Of a stretch of DNA of 64,000 bases, positions 1 through 8,183 are shown in pieces (the stretch's first letter is position 1; each line of letters begins with the position of its first letter). Source of the stretch: Bdellovibrio sp. (GTDB taxonomy: Bacteria > Bdellovibrionota > Bdellovibrionia > Bdellovibrionales > Bdellovibrionaceae); NCBI GenBank assembly GCA_036677065.1, contig JAKFBS010000001.1:352001-416000 (forward strand). Direction: 5' to 3'. The position numbers and the translations under genes are program-made. The notes beneath the pieces are model-generated. The model did not search any database, was not told the origin of the DNA, and was given only the letters and a program-made list of their open reading frames with translations.

Positions 1-135
1 CAAGGAAACGCATTGGCGACGCAAAAATCGAATGTTGAATTTGTTTCTATCGAAGGTGGAGGTCATAATGATTTATCCACTTTTCCATTATACTGGAACG
101 CAATAGAAAAATTTGTAGCCAAAATTTCTTTGTAA
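1..135 (+). CDS. Alpha/beta hydrolase, 3' end only (partial)
   Basis: Frame 1 reads ...VEFVSIEGGGHNDLSTFPLYWNAIEKFVAKISL*; GHND resembles the catalytic His motif. Not in the ORF track. Confidence 0.6.
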   Translation, partial: QGNALATQKSNVEFVSIEGGGHNDLSTFPLYWNAIEKFVAKISL

Positions 136-150
136 TTAGATAATGATTAA

Positions 151-576
151 ATGAAAAACATCATTTCTTTTTTGTTACTTTCTGTTCTTATTCAGTCTTA
201 CGCTTATTCAAGTGACCAATCGAAATTCCGCCAGGAATGTGCACTGACGTCTCAAGAGTTTAAAGCAAAGCTTCCAGAAAATTACACAACAGTCTGGTGC
301 GCTAATGATAAAAGAAAAGATTTTGGTGAAATGGGTTCTGATGTTATTCACGCCATGGCCGTAGCGGCTTTTCGTGAAAAACGCATGGATCGCAGAGTGG
401 CTGCGATAAATCTTCTTGAAAAATATGAATGTAAAGACAAAGTCGAATGTAAAGAATTTCACCATTTGTTAGACTGGGGAATTAAATCTGGTCATCCCGC
501 AAAATACAATAAAGCGTTGGCAAAACGTGCTGAAGTTCTGCGTGAAAAGGTTTCGAAAAAGTTAGAAGCTTTATAA
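151..576 (+). CDS. Secreted hypothetical protein
   Basis: Signal-peptide-like N-terminus (MKNIISFLLLSVLIQSYAYS), 4 Cys. Confidence 0.7.
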   Translation: MKNIISFLLLSVLIQSYAYSSDQSKFRQECALTSQEFKAKLPENYTTVWCANDKRKDFGEMGSDVIHAMAVAAFREKRMDRRVAAINLLEKYECKDKVECKEFHHLLDWGIKSGHPAKYNKALAKRAEVLREKVSKKLEAL

Positions 577-1767
577 ATCAAAAAACTTTAAGATCTCTGG
601 CGAACGGTTCATCGTATCTTCATGGCCGGTTTTAATCAGTGAGCTGAGATACTCTGGTTCAAAGGCAAGATAACTTAAAAGATCAGCGCCTTTATTTTCT
701 GAAACGCCAATTCCGCGCAGCAGATACGCAAATGTTGTTGGCATTCGCGAAAGTTCACTCGCGGGTGGACGCACAAGTTCATTCTGCGGGGCCAAATGTA
801 AAATAGGAATTTCTCTAAGCTTGTCAGGCTGACTGGCTTTGGCTTCTGGGCTCATAACGGCGACACCGCGATTGACTCTGGCTATGCGTTCAAGATCGCC
901 ATCCAGTGAATCTAAAAAAAGGCCGCTCAGTATTGTACCTAAGATTTCTCCTAAGGTAATACCATCACTTGCCGGGCGAGGTATCGGTTGGCTTGGCGTT
1001 GTTCGGCGATTACCTATGACAAGCAATTTGTCTGCGCCTAAGTGAATGGCCGAGCTTAAAGGGCTATTTAACCGAACCACCCCATCACCGAAATAAGATT
1101 CACCGATGCGAACAGGTGGAAAAAAAACAGGTAAAGCTGCCGAGGCCATGACATGCTCGGGCCCAATTTCTGTTCGCAAGCTTTTTCGATTGAGGATGTT
1201 CCAATCTTTAATATCTTCGTGACCATTATAAAAGGCTATAGACTGGCCGCTGCGATAGTCAGTTGCGCAAACACAAATCGCATGAAAAAGATTATTTCGG
1301 ATATTTTCATTAAGCGCTTCGAAATTAATTTTATTCTGAATAAGTTCTGCCAAAGGTGTTGTATCAAGCAAGTAGGTGATTTGATTTTTTTTAAGACCGC
1401 CCGAGCTGCGGTCGCGCAGCCAGCGATAGGCGATTTTACTCAGTGAAATGGGCCCTACTTTGAAAACGCTATCTGCGGTTAATGATGACCAGGTTTCGAC
1501 CATGCGTCGCGTGACGGCTTCAAAATTTTCGCTTTGGCTGGCTAACCAAGTTCCATTTAATGCCCCAGCAGAAAACCCCGAAATGATGGCAAAAGGGTTT
1601 TTTTCAAAACCCGTAATTTCAGCAATCGCACGCAGCACACCCACTTGATAGGCCGCTCGCGCTCCGCCACCTGTAAGAACTAACGCCAATTTTTTTTCAT
1701 TTATAGGGTTCACGTTATATAAAGAAGCAACAGGCATACCAGTATGCACTCGGTCATTAGATAGCAT
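571..1767 (-). CDS. Patatin-like phospholipase
   Basis: GGGARAAYQVG, GFSAG nucleophile elbow, ASAALP, DG motif. Start uncertain (1776 TTG, 1767 or 1737 ATG). Confidence 0.9.
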   Translation of the reverse strand: MLSNDRVHTGMPVASLYNVNPINEKKLALVLTGGGARAAYQVGVLRAIAEITGFEKNPFAIISGFSAGALNGTWLASQSENFEAVTRRMVETWSSLTADSVFKVGPISLSKIAYRWLRDRSSGGLKKNQITYLLDTTPLAELIQNKINFEALNENIRNNLFHAICVCATDYRSGQSIAFYNGHEDIKDWNILNRKSLRTEIGPEHVMASAALPVFFPPVRIGESYFGDGVVRLNSPLSSAIHLGADKLLVIGNRRTTPSQPIPRPASDGITLGEILGTILSGLFLDSLDGDLERIARVNRGVAVMSPEAKASQPDKLREIPILHLAPQNELVRPPASELSRMPTTFAYLLRGIGVSENKGADLLSYLAFEPEYLSSLIKTGHEDTMNRSPEILKFFDL

Positions 1768-1885
1768 CACTGTCAAAAAGTTTAACGATTGCTAGCGTCA
1801 CATTGTCTGATATTTGGCCAGTGTTCTGTCGTCAATTCGAATAACGCCTGTTTAGACTGAGCACCCGTTTGCAAGACTGGTATTC

Positions 1886-2329
1886 ATGAATAAATTATTA
1901 CTTGGACTATTAGTTTTCACAGCTCTTAATTCTCAAGCATTTACCGAACAAGTGTTCATCAAAGATGGTGACCAAGTGATTGTAAAAATTGAAAACTGCG
2001 CCGAAGGCACGACTCCCACTCTGACTTTAAAAAAAGACAGAGTTATCGGTCAGTGCGTGGCTGATGTGATCTTCTGCGAAGCCAAGATCGGAAATCTTAT
2101 TCCTGATAAGTGGGTTACCAGTTATTATAAATACACTAAAAATGCATCGGGTATGTCAAAGAAAGAACTCATTAAAAAAGCCCGTCCAGAGCATGTGTAT
2201 GCCCCTGCGGTTTATGCTGATGTTGAGCATGAATTGAAACAATTAATTAAGCAGGGTTTTTGCAGCAAAGGGATTTATAAAAAATCTTCATTAGCAGGGC
2301 ACACCACTGAAGTGATCGTTGAACAGTAA
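1886..2329 (+). CDS. Secreted hypothetical protein
   Basis: Signal peptide MNKLLLGLLVFTALNSQA, 4 Cys. Confidence 0.7.
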   Translation: MNKLLLGLLVFTALNSQAFTEQVFIKDGDQVIVKIENCAEGTTPTLTLKKDRVIGQCVADVIFCEAKIGNLIPDKWVTSYYKYTKNASGMSKKELIKKARPEHVYAPAVYADVEHELKQLIKQGFCSKGIYKKSSLAGHTTEVIVEQ

Positions 2330-2330
2330 A

Positions 2331-3845
2331 TTACCGGCTCATCTTTAAGTAGTCAGGGTTTGAACAAAAGTCTGCACCTTTGCCGCTAGCCACGAACAAT
2401 TCGCGAATCTGCGTATTTTTTTTGGCTAAAAAATTGATATATCCCGGTGATCCCAGCACGCGAAATTCTTCTGTGATGGTTCCGCCGATTTCGCTTAAAT
2501 TTGTTTGGTGATAAATCAAGTGTTCAGGAAAACTTAATTTGTAAGACGAATCAATTTTTTGCTGTAATAATTTAGTGCGTTTTATTTTTACAGCTTTGCC
2601 GGCTGCAGTTGCAGGAGCTGTAAACGGAGCGATCACAAAAGACCGGGCTATCGATAAAACATCTTTTTCAGTTCCATCAATGTCAGCCGCCGTAGCTGAA
2701 GCATAAAAATCAAAATCATGAGCTGATAATCTTAATCCTGCTTTTTCGCGCTTTTCTACATAATTAACTAAGGCATTATACGGTGGGTTTAATCCTGCAT
2801 TGTAAGCGGCTAAGGCTAAAGCTTCGGTTAAGTTATCGATGTTAATATTATGAAATCCTAATTGCTTCATGCGTGCTTCTAATTTTGCAGTTTCAATTCT
2901 TAATTTCATTTCTTTGTAGTTTTGTTTGTTCAGAATTGCTGAATAAACAAAACTGCGTAATGGGTTCTCGACCGGATAAATAAATTCACAACGTTCAGCT
3001 TTTTGTGCACTAGCCATAGTTAATAAACTTAAGTGTTTTATTAACCGGGCACAGGCTGGGTTTGTTACGGCGTCTCGTCTAACTTCTTCGATGTAGGCAT
3101 CATATTCTTTATTAACCAGTTCAATTCCAGTTATTGTGAATTGAGCAACGCCTGCATCAAAACCTTTTCCGAGCGTATTAATCGTAAATCCGCTTTCGTT
3201 AAAAAGTTTTGGCATAATATTTTTGGGATTAAATCCGAAGCATTGCAAAACATCGATGTAAGAATTGTAAGTCGTATTTACCAAATTTTTTGAAACGCAC
3301 GGCTTATTACCACCGGCAATGGGTAAACTTTTTAAGCCGCCCGGACATTTTCCGTAACTGACGCTTTTAAAATTAGTCGCGTTCATAGTGTAAGTTAGAC
3401 ACTGCCGAGGCAGCGCCGTTGATTCAGTACGTTCTTCGCGTAATTCTTTGAGAGCAGCAGTTTGTGAAATAATTTTTTCAACTGACAGACGTGCAGTGCC
3501 GCAGGTTGCTGTGTTTTCATATTTTAGTAATACGTCATCAACAGGTGTTTCAACTTCTGCAGTTAACTTCGCTTCGTCTTGGGCAATTTGTTCCGGAGTT
3601 AATACGAAAGCTTGGCGAGTTGATTCGTTAGCTGATTCTTGTCTCCACTGGGTGTCGATCTCATCCAGTTCTTGTTCAATCATTTGATCGCTCAGCTGAG
3701 CACTGTAAGAATTTAACTCGTAAGAATAAAGACTTGCCGCTGCCATTGAAGATAAATCAGTTTCTTGGGTTTGCGTTATGTGAAATACTGAAAACGCTGC
3801 GCCAAAGAAGAATACAAATACTAAAGCAGGGGTTAAAAATCGCAT
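2331..3845 (-). CDS. Exported lytic transglycosylase (SLT-like) protein
   Basis: N-terminal TM/signal; motifs FNESGF (catalytic Glu), GVAQF and AAYNAG in the family-1 order. Confidence 0.65.
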   Translation of the reverse strand: MRFLTPALVFVFFFGAAFSVFHITQTQETDLSSMAAASLYSYELNSYSAQLSDQMIEQELDEIDTQWRQESANESTRQAFVLTPEQIAQDEAKLTAEVETPVDDVLLKYENTATCGTARLSVEKIISQTAALKELREERTESTALPRQCLTYTMNATNFKSVSYGKCPGGLKSLPIAGGNKPCVSKNLVNTTYNSYIDVLQCFGFNPKNIMPKLFNESGFTINTLGKGFDAGVAQFTITGIELVNKEYDAYIEEVRRDAVTNPACARLIKHLSLLTMASAQKAERCEFIYPVENPLRSFVYSAILNKQNYKEMKLRIETAKLEARMKQLGFHNINIDNLTEALALAAYNAGLNPPYNALVNYVEKREKAGLRLSAHDFDFYASATAADIDGTEKDVLSIARSFVIAPFTAPATAAGKAVKIKRTKLLQQKIDSSYKLSFPEHLIYHQTNLSEIGGTITEEFRVLGSPGYINFLAKKNTQIRELFVASGKGADFCSNPDYLKMSR

Positions 3846-3981
3846 AGGTCTCCAATAAAAATGGGTTACTTTTATTATAGACTTTCAAGGCGATAAAAAC
3901 AGAGACCGGCTTAAAACTAAGCCCTAAGTATTGCTCCTAGACCCGTTTTCCGTTAGCCTAATAAGATAAAAGGGGAATCCT

Positions 3982-4329
3982 ATGAAACACACAGGTGGCT
4001 GCCATTGCGGTAAAGTTAAATTTGAAGTTGAAATGGAAATCGGGAAACCGATTGCTTGTAACTGTTCAATTTGTCAGAAAAAAGGAACATTGTTATCGTT
4101 TGCACCTGCGGCTCAGTTTAAACTACTTCAAGGTGAAGACTCCTTAAGTAATTACCAATTTAATAAAAATGTAATTCATCATCTTTTTTGCAAAAACTGC
4201 GGTGTAACTTCTTTTGCCAAAGGCACAGCTCCTGATGGTTCAGATGTAAGAGCCATCAATGTTCGTTGTCTTGATGGCGTTGATATCGAAAAACTGGAAT
4301 TGATCAAATACGATGGACGCTCAATTTAG
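3982..4329 (+). CDS. GFA/CENP-V family Zn protein
   Basis: GGCHCG, CNCSIC, FCKNCG, AINVRCL; SD aggggga upstream. Confidence 0.93.
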   Translation: MKHTGGCHCGKVKFEVEMEIGKPIACNCSICQKKGTLLSFAPAAQFKLLQGEDSLSNYQFNKNVIHHLFCKNCGVTSFAKGTAPDGSDVRAINVRCLDGVDIEKLELIKYDGRSI

Positions 4330-4683
4330 CGGATTTTCAGAGTGAAAGGCGCAAACCCACTTATCGCCTTCGCGAATCCAAGTAGATACATCTAACATTT
4401 TCATGCCTTTCATTTCGGTTGAATAAGAAATGAGGGCTGTGTTTTCATTTAAAATATCAATGTGTGGGTCTTTGATCTCGACATCTTTATATTGATAACC
4501 CTGATTAGCTTGCATCATTTCGCGGTATTGATCCTTATTAATTCGGTGTGCGCCTGTTGGGCCAGCGACAGTGCAGGGAAATTTTGTCAGTGCGACGGCG
4601 GTATCTACGTCATCATTTTTCATGGCATCCCAGTATTTTTTTTCTAATTTGAAGATGTCTTGTTTGGTTGGAGCGGAATTCAT
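4321..4683 (-). CDS. NTF2-like (DUF4440/SnoaL) protein
   Basis: 120 aa, LEKKYWDAM...WIREGDKWVCAFHSE pattern; SD aggagg. Confidence 0.8.
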   Translation of the reverse strand: MNSAPTKQDIFKLEKKYWDAMKNDDVDTAVALTKFPCTVAGPTGAHRINKDQYREMMQANQGYQYKDVEIKDPHIDILNENTALISYSTEMKGMKMLDVSTWIREGDKWVCAFHSENPLN

Positions 4684-4710
4684 AAATCCTCCTTAGTCTT
4701 TCAAGTGAAG

Positions 4711-4726
4711 TGCAAATAAAAGACCG
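4711..4726 (-). promoter_or_regulatory. Putative sigma54 -24/-12 promoter
   Basis: CGGTCTTTTATTTGCA (GG-N10-GC) upstream of 4683. Confidence 0.4.
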
Positions 4727-4781
4727 GGGAGAGCTGCCCCAAACATTTTGCATTCACCTTAAATAGCGATTATCGTTAGGC

Positions 4782-5315
4782 ATGGCTTCTGCATTTTCAC
4801 ATATCATTATACCTATCGCTTTAAAAATTGCCGGTAGAAAAAACAGCATACCTTGGAGACTTTTGTTTCTGGGAATGTTCTTATCTGTGGCTCCAGACTT
4901 TGATTCGATCGCTTTTAAATTCGGAATTCCTTATGAATCTCAGTGGGGTCACCGGGGTTTTACTCATTCTATCGTCTTTGCGATTGTTGTAGCGCTAGTG
5001 TGTTCACGCTTTAGCAAATCATTTTTAGCTAAGCCTAAAACAGTATTTCTATTTTCATTTTTATCTATGCTTTCACATTCTTTGTTAGATGCGCTGACTA
5101 ATGGTGGATTGGGCGTAGCACTTTTTTGGCCATTTGATTCGGAACGCTATTTTTTACCGTGGCGGGTGATCGAAGTGTCTCCGATTAGTATTTCAAGATT
5201 TTTTACTGAAAGAAGCCTTTCTGTCTTGAGTTCAGAATTTATCTATATTTGGCTACCTTGTTTAAGTGCTGCCGGTCTATTATGTTTATTACGAGGTAGA
5301 AGTAATGCCCGCTAG
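4782..5315 (+). CDS. YdjM/YbcI-family inner-membrane metal-dependent hydrolase
   Basis: SH, PDFD, GHRGFTHS, SHSLLDALTNGGLGVA motifs. Confidence 0.9.
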   Translation: MASAFSHIIIPIALKIAGRKNSIPWRLLFLGMFLSVAPDFDSIAFKFGIPYESQWGHRGFTHSIVFAIVVALVCSRFSKSFLAKPKTVFLFSFLSMLSHSLLDALTNGGLGVALFWPFDSERYFLPWRVIEVSPISISRFFTERSLSVLSSEFIYIWLPCLSAAGLLCLLRGRSNAR

Positions 5316-5685
5316 AACTTATCGTTATAATTCAGAATGGATGCCGAAAGGTTTTCAGCATGATTTTGATGCGCATATTTATTTTTCTTTTGCACAATTA
5401 GAATTTGTTAAATCATTACATGAAAAGATTGGTGCTGCTTTTAATCACAGCGAAATTTTTGTCGGTGATATTATCCCTGAACCTATTGGTCCACACACGT
5501 TACCGATGTTAGAAGTGAATTTTTCACGGGCTCAATATGAAAAATTTGTAACCTGGTTGCAACATGAACGCGGTTCATTAAATGTTTTAGTGCATCCACA
5601 AAGCGGCGATGACTATGACGATCACACAAATGGTGCGGTTTGGTTAGGAACGCCCGTAGATATTAAACTGGAAGTGTTTAAATGA
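5305..5685 (+). CDS. DOPA 4,5-dioxygenase family protein
   Basis: FDAHIYF, PIGPH, LVHP...DHT..AVWLG; ATG at 5305 preferred over the GTG at 5266. Confidence 0.85.
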   Translation: MPARTYRYNSEWMPKGFQHDFDAHIYFSFAQLEFVKSLHEKIGAAFNHSEIFVGDIIPEPIGPHTLPMLEVNFSRAQYEKFVTWLQHERGSLNVLVHPQSGDDYDDHTNGAVWLGTPVDIKLEVFK

Positions 5686-5699
5686 GAAAAGAGCAATAA

Positions 5700-5885
5700 A
5701 TGGATGAATCAGATTTTGAAGGCACCTTAGTTTTAGAAAAACTTGCAGCAATTGATAAAGTCGATGCCTTTATGGAAGCGGTTGATTCAGATGATTTTGA
5801 TCGCGCAAAGTTATTAATGAAAAAAGCTAAAGTTGACTCTGAAACTATCGCTGTAGTTTTAAAGAAAATGCTGGCTGCCGAATAG
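5700..5885 (+). CDS. Small acidic helical hypothetical protein (61 aa)
   Basis: Fills the gap between co-oriented genes; protein-like composition. Confidence 0.7.
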   Translation: MDESDFEGTLVLEKLAAIDKVDAFMEAVDSDDFDRAKLLMKKAKVDSETIAVVLKKMLAAE

Positions 5886-5934
5886 CACATATATTGCATT
5901 AACAATCCTATTCAATTTACGAAAGGATACAGTT

Positions 5935-6468
5935 ATGCAAGAAAGCACAACGCAGAATAGCCAAGGGACAAAACAGAACCTTAATGTAGAAAAATACCCT
6001 CTGGTTCAGTTAACGCGAAAATTTGCCGCACCGGTTGACCGTGTTTGGCAAGCTTGGACTATGCCAGAACTTGTTAAACAATGGTGGGGCCCAGAAAACT
6101 ATTCATGTCCTGAAGCAAAAATCGATTTACGCAAAGGTGGAAAAATGCTTCTTGCGATGAAGGGCCCTGATGAGAAAATCGTCTATAGCGGCGGCACAAT
6201 TGAAGAACTTATTCCTGAGACAAAGCTCGTAACAACAGATCAGTTTATGGATAAAGACGGCAATGTCATGTCTGCTAAAGATTATGGTATGCCTGGTGAC
6301 TGGCCTGAAGATGGCAGTCGTATCACTGTTGAATTTAGCAGTTTAGGTACAGACGAATCACAAATTCAGATTGTTCATGAAGGCATTCCCAAAGACATGC
6401 ACGATGACTGTGTGGATGGCTGGTCTTCTTCAATTGATAAATTACAAAGATTGGTTGAGCGCTCTTAG
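5935..6468 (+). CDS. SRPBCC/AHA1 domain protein
   Basis: APVDRVWQAWT.PEL.KQWWGP, GWSSSIDKL. Confidence 0.9.
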   Translation: MQESTTQNSQGTKQNLNVEKYPLVQLTRKFAAPVDRVWQAWTMPELVKQWWGPENYSCPEAKIDLRKGGKMLLAMKGPDEKIVYSGGTIEELIPETKLVTTDQFMDKDGNVMSAKDYGMPGDWPEDGSRITVEFSSLGTDESQIQIVHEGIPKDMHDDCVDGWSSSIDKLQRLVERS

Positions 6469-6480
6469 AAAGTATATTGC

Positions 6481-6852
6481 ATGGTTGCTGAACAACGACT
6501 TCGGTTAATAATGAGTTTTCAAATTCTACTTTTTATTATGGGGGCTTTATCACATGCTGGTTATTTGCCATTTAGCTATGTGCACTTTCAGGCTCGCCTA
6601 GCCGAGTCGGTGATCGCCGTGCTTCTGACTATTGGCTTGGCATCTACGTTCACTCAAAAAACCTGGAAGTATAAACTGACGACGGCCACCCAAGTTTTAT
6701 CGTTATTCGCGACCTTGGTGGGCGTAGTCATGATTAGTATTGGCGTGGGGCCGCAGACGAATTTTGATTACGGCCTTCATGCTGTTATGATTATTCTATT
6801 TTTAGTGGCTTTGAAAATGTTAGTTCAGCCGAATCGCATAGCTCTTAGATAA
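6481..6852 (+). CDS. Small 4-TM membrane protein
   Basis: Four hydrophobic segments. Confidence 0.65.
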   Translation: MVAEQRLRLIMSFQILLFIMGALSHAGYLPFSYVHFQARLAESVIAVLLTIGLASTFTQKTWKYKLTTATQVLSLFATLVGVVMISIGVGPQTNFDYGLHAVMIILFLVALKMLVQPNRIALR

Positions 6853-6921
6853 CAACGCGCTGTTAAAGATTTAACAAATTTTGTGTTGTTCGATACGCTA
6901 ATCCCTTGTCTGGAGGGGTTT

Positions 6922-8181
6922 ATGTCGTTTTTCATTGTGTTACTTCTTTCTGTGCCATCGTGGGCCATTAGCCTTGATGAGGCCGTGCAATCGTCATTAC
7001 AAAAAAATGAATTTGTTTCGCAAAGCCGGTCGCAAGTAAAACAATCTGAAGAAGCCGTTGATCAAATTCGTGGAAATATCTTTCCAACGATTTCGTTAAA
7101 TGCATCTTACTTGCGCCAACCGCGTTTGGCAGATCCGATTGCTGCAGCCATTTTTCCTGAAGAGCAGACGACAACCAACATTGAGTTAACACAACCGCTA
7201 TTTCGTGGCTTTCGTGAATTTGCAGCCCTTGATCGACAAAAAGATCTGCGATCAGCGCAAAAAAATACTCATCTTGTTCAAATGATGGATATCTATCAAC
7301 AAGTGGCCGCAAGTTATTTAGATGTGTTATCACTGCAGCAAGATATTCGTAATCTTGAAGCTCAGCAAAAAATTTATAAAGATCGTGTGCGAGATTTGCA
7401 AGGCCGCGCCCGTCGTGGAGAATCAAGTTCTACAGAAACTCTGACAGCGCAATCTACAGCAGCTGCTTTAGATGCTGAATACCAAATTCAAAATTCTAGA
7501 TTGCGTGCCGCTCGCGAAAACTTTTCGTTACTTACCGGACTACCAGCTGAAACAGAAGTCACTGATCTTCCTGAAAATGAAACCAGACAATTGCTAAAAC
7601 CTCTTGAAGATTATTTAAGTCGTATTGAAGACCGACCTGATATGAAAGCTTCTAAAATGATGGCCTCAGCTGCAGATGAAGAGGTTTCAATTGCCAAAGG
7701 TGCACACTGGCCAACGATTGATTTAACCGGCAATTATTATTTTACGCGCCCTGAAGGTTTTAGTGAAGATCTTGATTGGGATGTGCAATTGCGTGCGACA
7801 CTTCCGCTTTTTGAAGGCGGAGTCACACAATCTAAAGTGCGCATGGCTGTATTACAGCGTTCAGAAAAAGACCTAGCCGCAAATCAAATGCGCCGTAAAG
7901 CAGAAGCCGAAATTAAATCACTGTTTGATGCACTAAGAATGAGAGTCGATCAGTTAAAAGCTTTAAAACTTGCGTCTGATTTATCAGAAAAAAATTATCA
8001 ATTGTTACTTCGTGATTCGCGCCGTGGTTTAGCCAGAAGCCTTGATGTGCAAATGGGTTTAACTGAATACCGTTTGGCAAAACGCAATTACGATCAGGCT
8101 CGCTATCAAGCGCGCTTAGAGCGTATTCGTTTAGATTTAGCTTCGGCACAAATTCCATCTATTTTAAGTAAGGAAATGTAG
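6922..8181 (+). CDS. TolC-family outer membrane efflux protein
   Basis: Signal peptide, two repeats with P.I.L...Y and 'QPLF.G / LPLFEGG'; SD ggagggg before ATG 6922. Confidence 0.9.
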   Translation: MSFFIVLLLSVPSWAISLDEAVQSSLQKNEFVSQSRSQVKQSEEAVDQIRGNIFPTISLNASYLRQPRLADPIAAAIFPEEQTTTNIELTQPLFRGFREFAALDRQKDLRSAQKNTHLVQMMDIYQQVAASYLDVLSLQQDIRNLEAQQKIYKDRVRDLQGRARRGESSSTETLTAQSTAAALDAEYQIQNSRLRAARENFSLLTGLPAETEVTDLPENETRQLLKPLEDYLSRIEDRPDMKASKMMASAADEEVSIAKGAHWPTIDLTGNYYFTRPEGFSEDLDWDVQLRATLPLFEGGVTQSKVRMAVLQRSEKDLAANQMRRKAEAEIKSLFDALRMRVDQLKALKLASDLSEKNYQLLLRDSRRGLARSLDVQMGLTEYRLAKRNYDQARYQARLERIRLDLASAQIPSILSKEM

Positions 8182-8183
8182 TC

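Noticed and set aside
571..1776. Patatin as an anti-phage (CBASS CapV-like) effector
   Set aside because: No nucleotidyltransferase or other defence gene nearby; sequence fits the common stand-alone patatin type.
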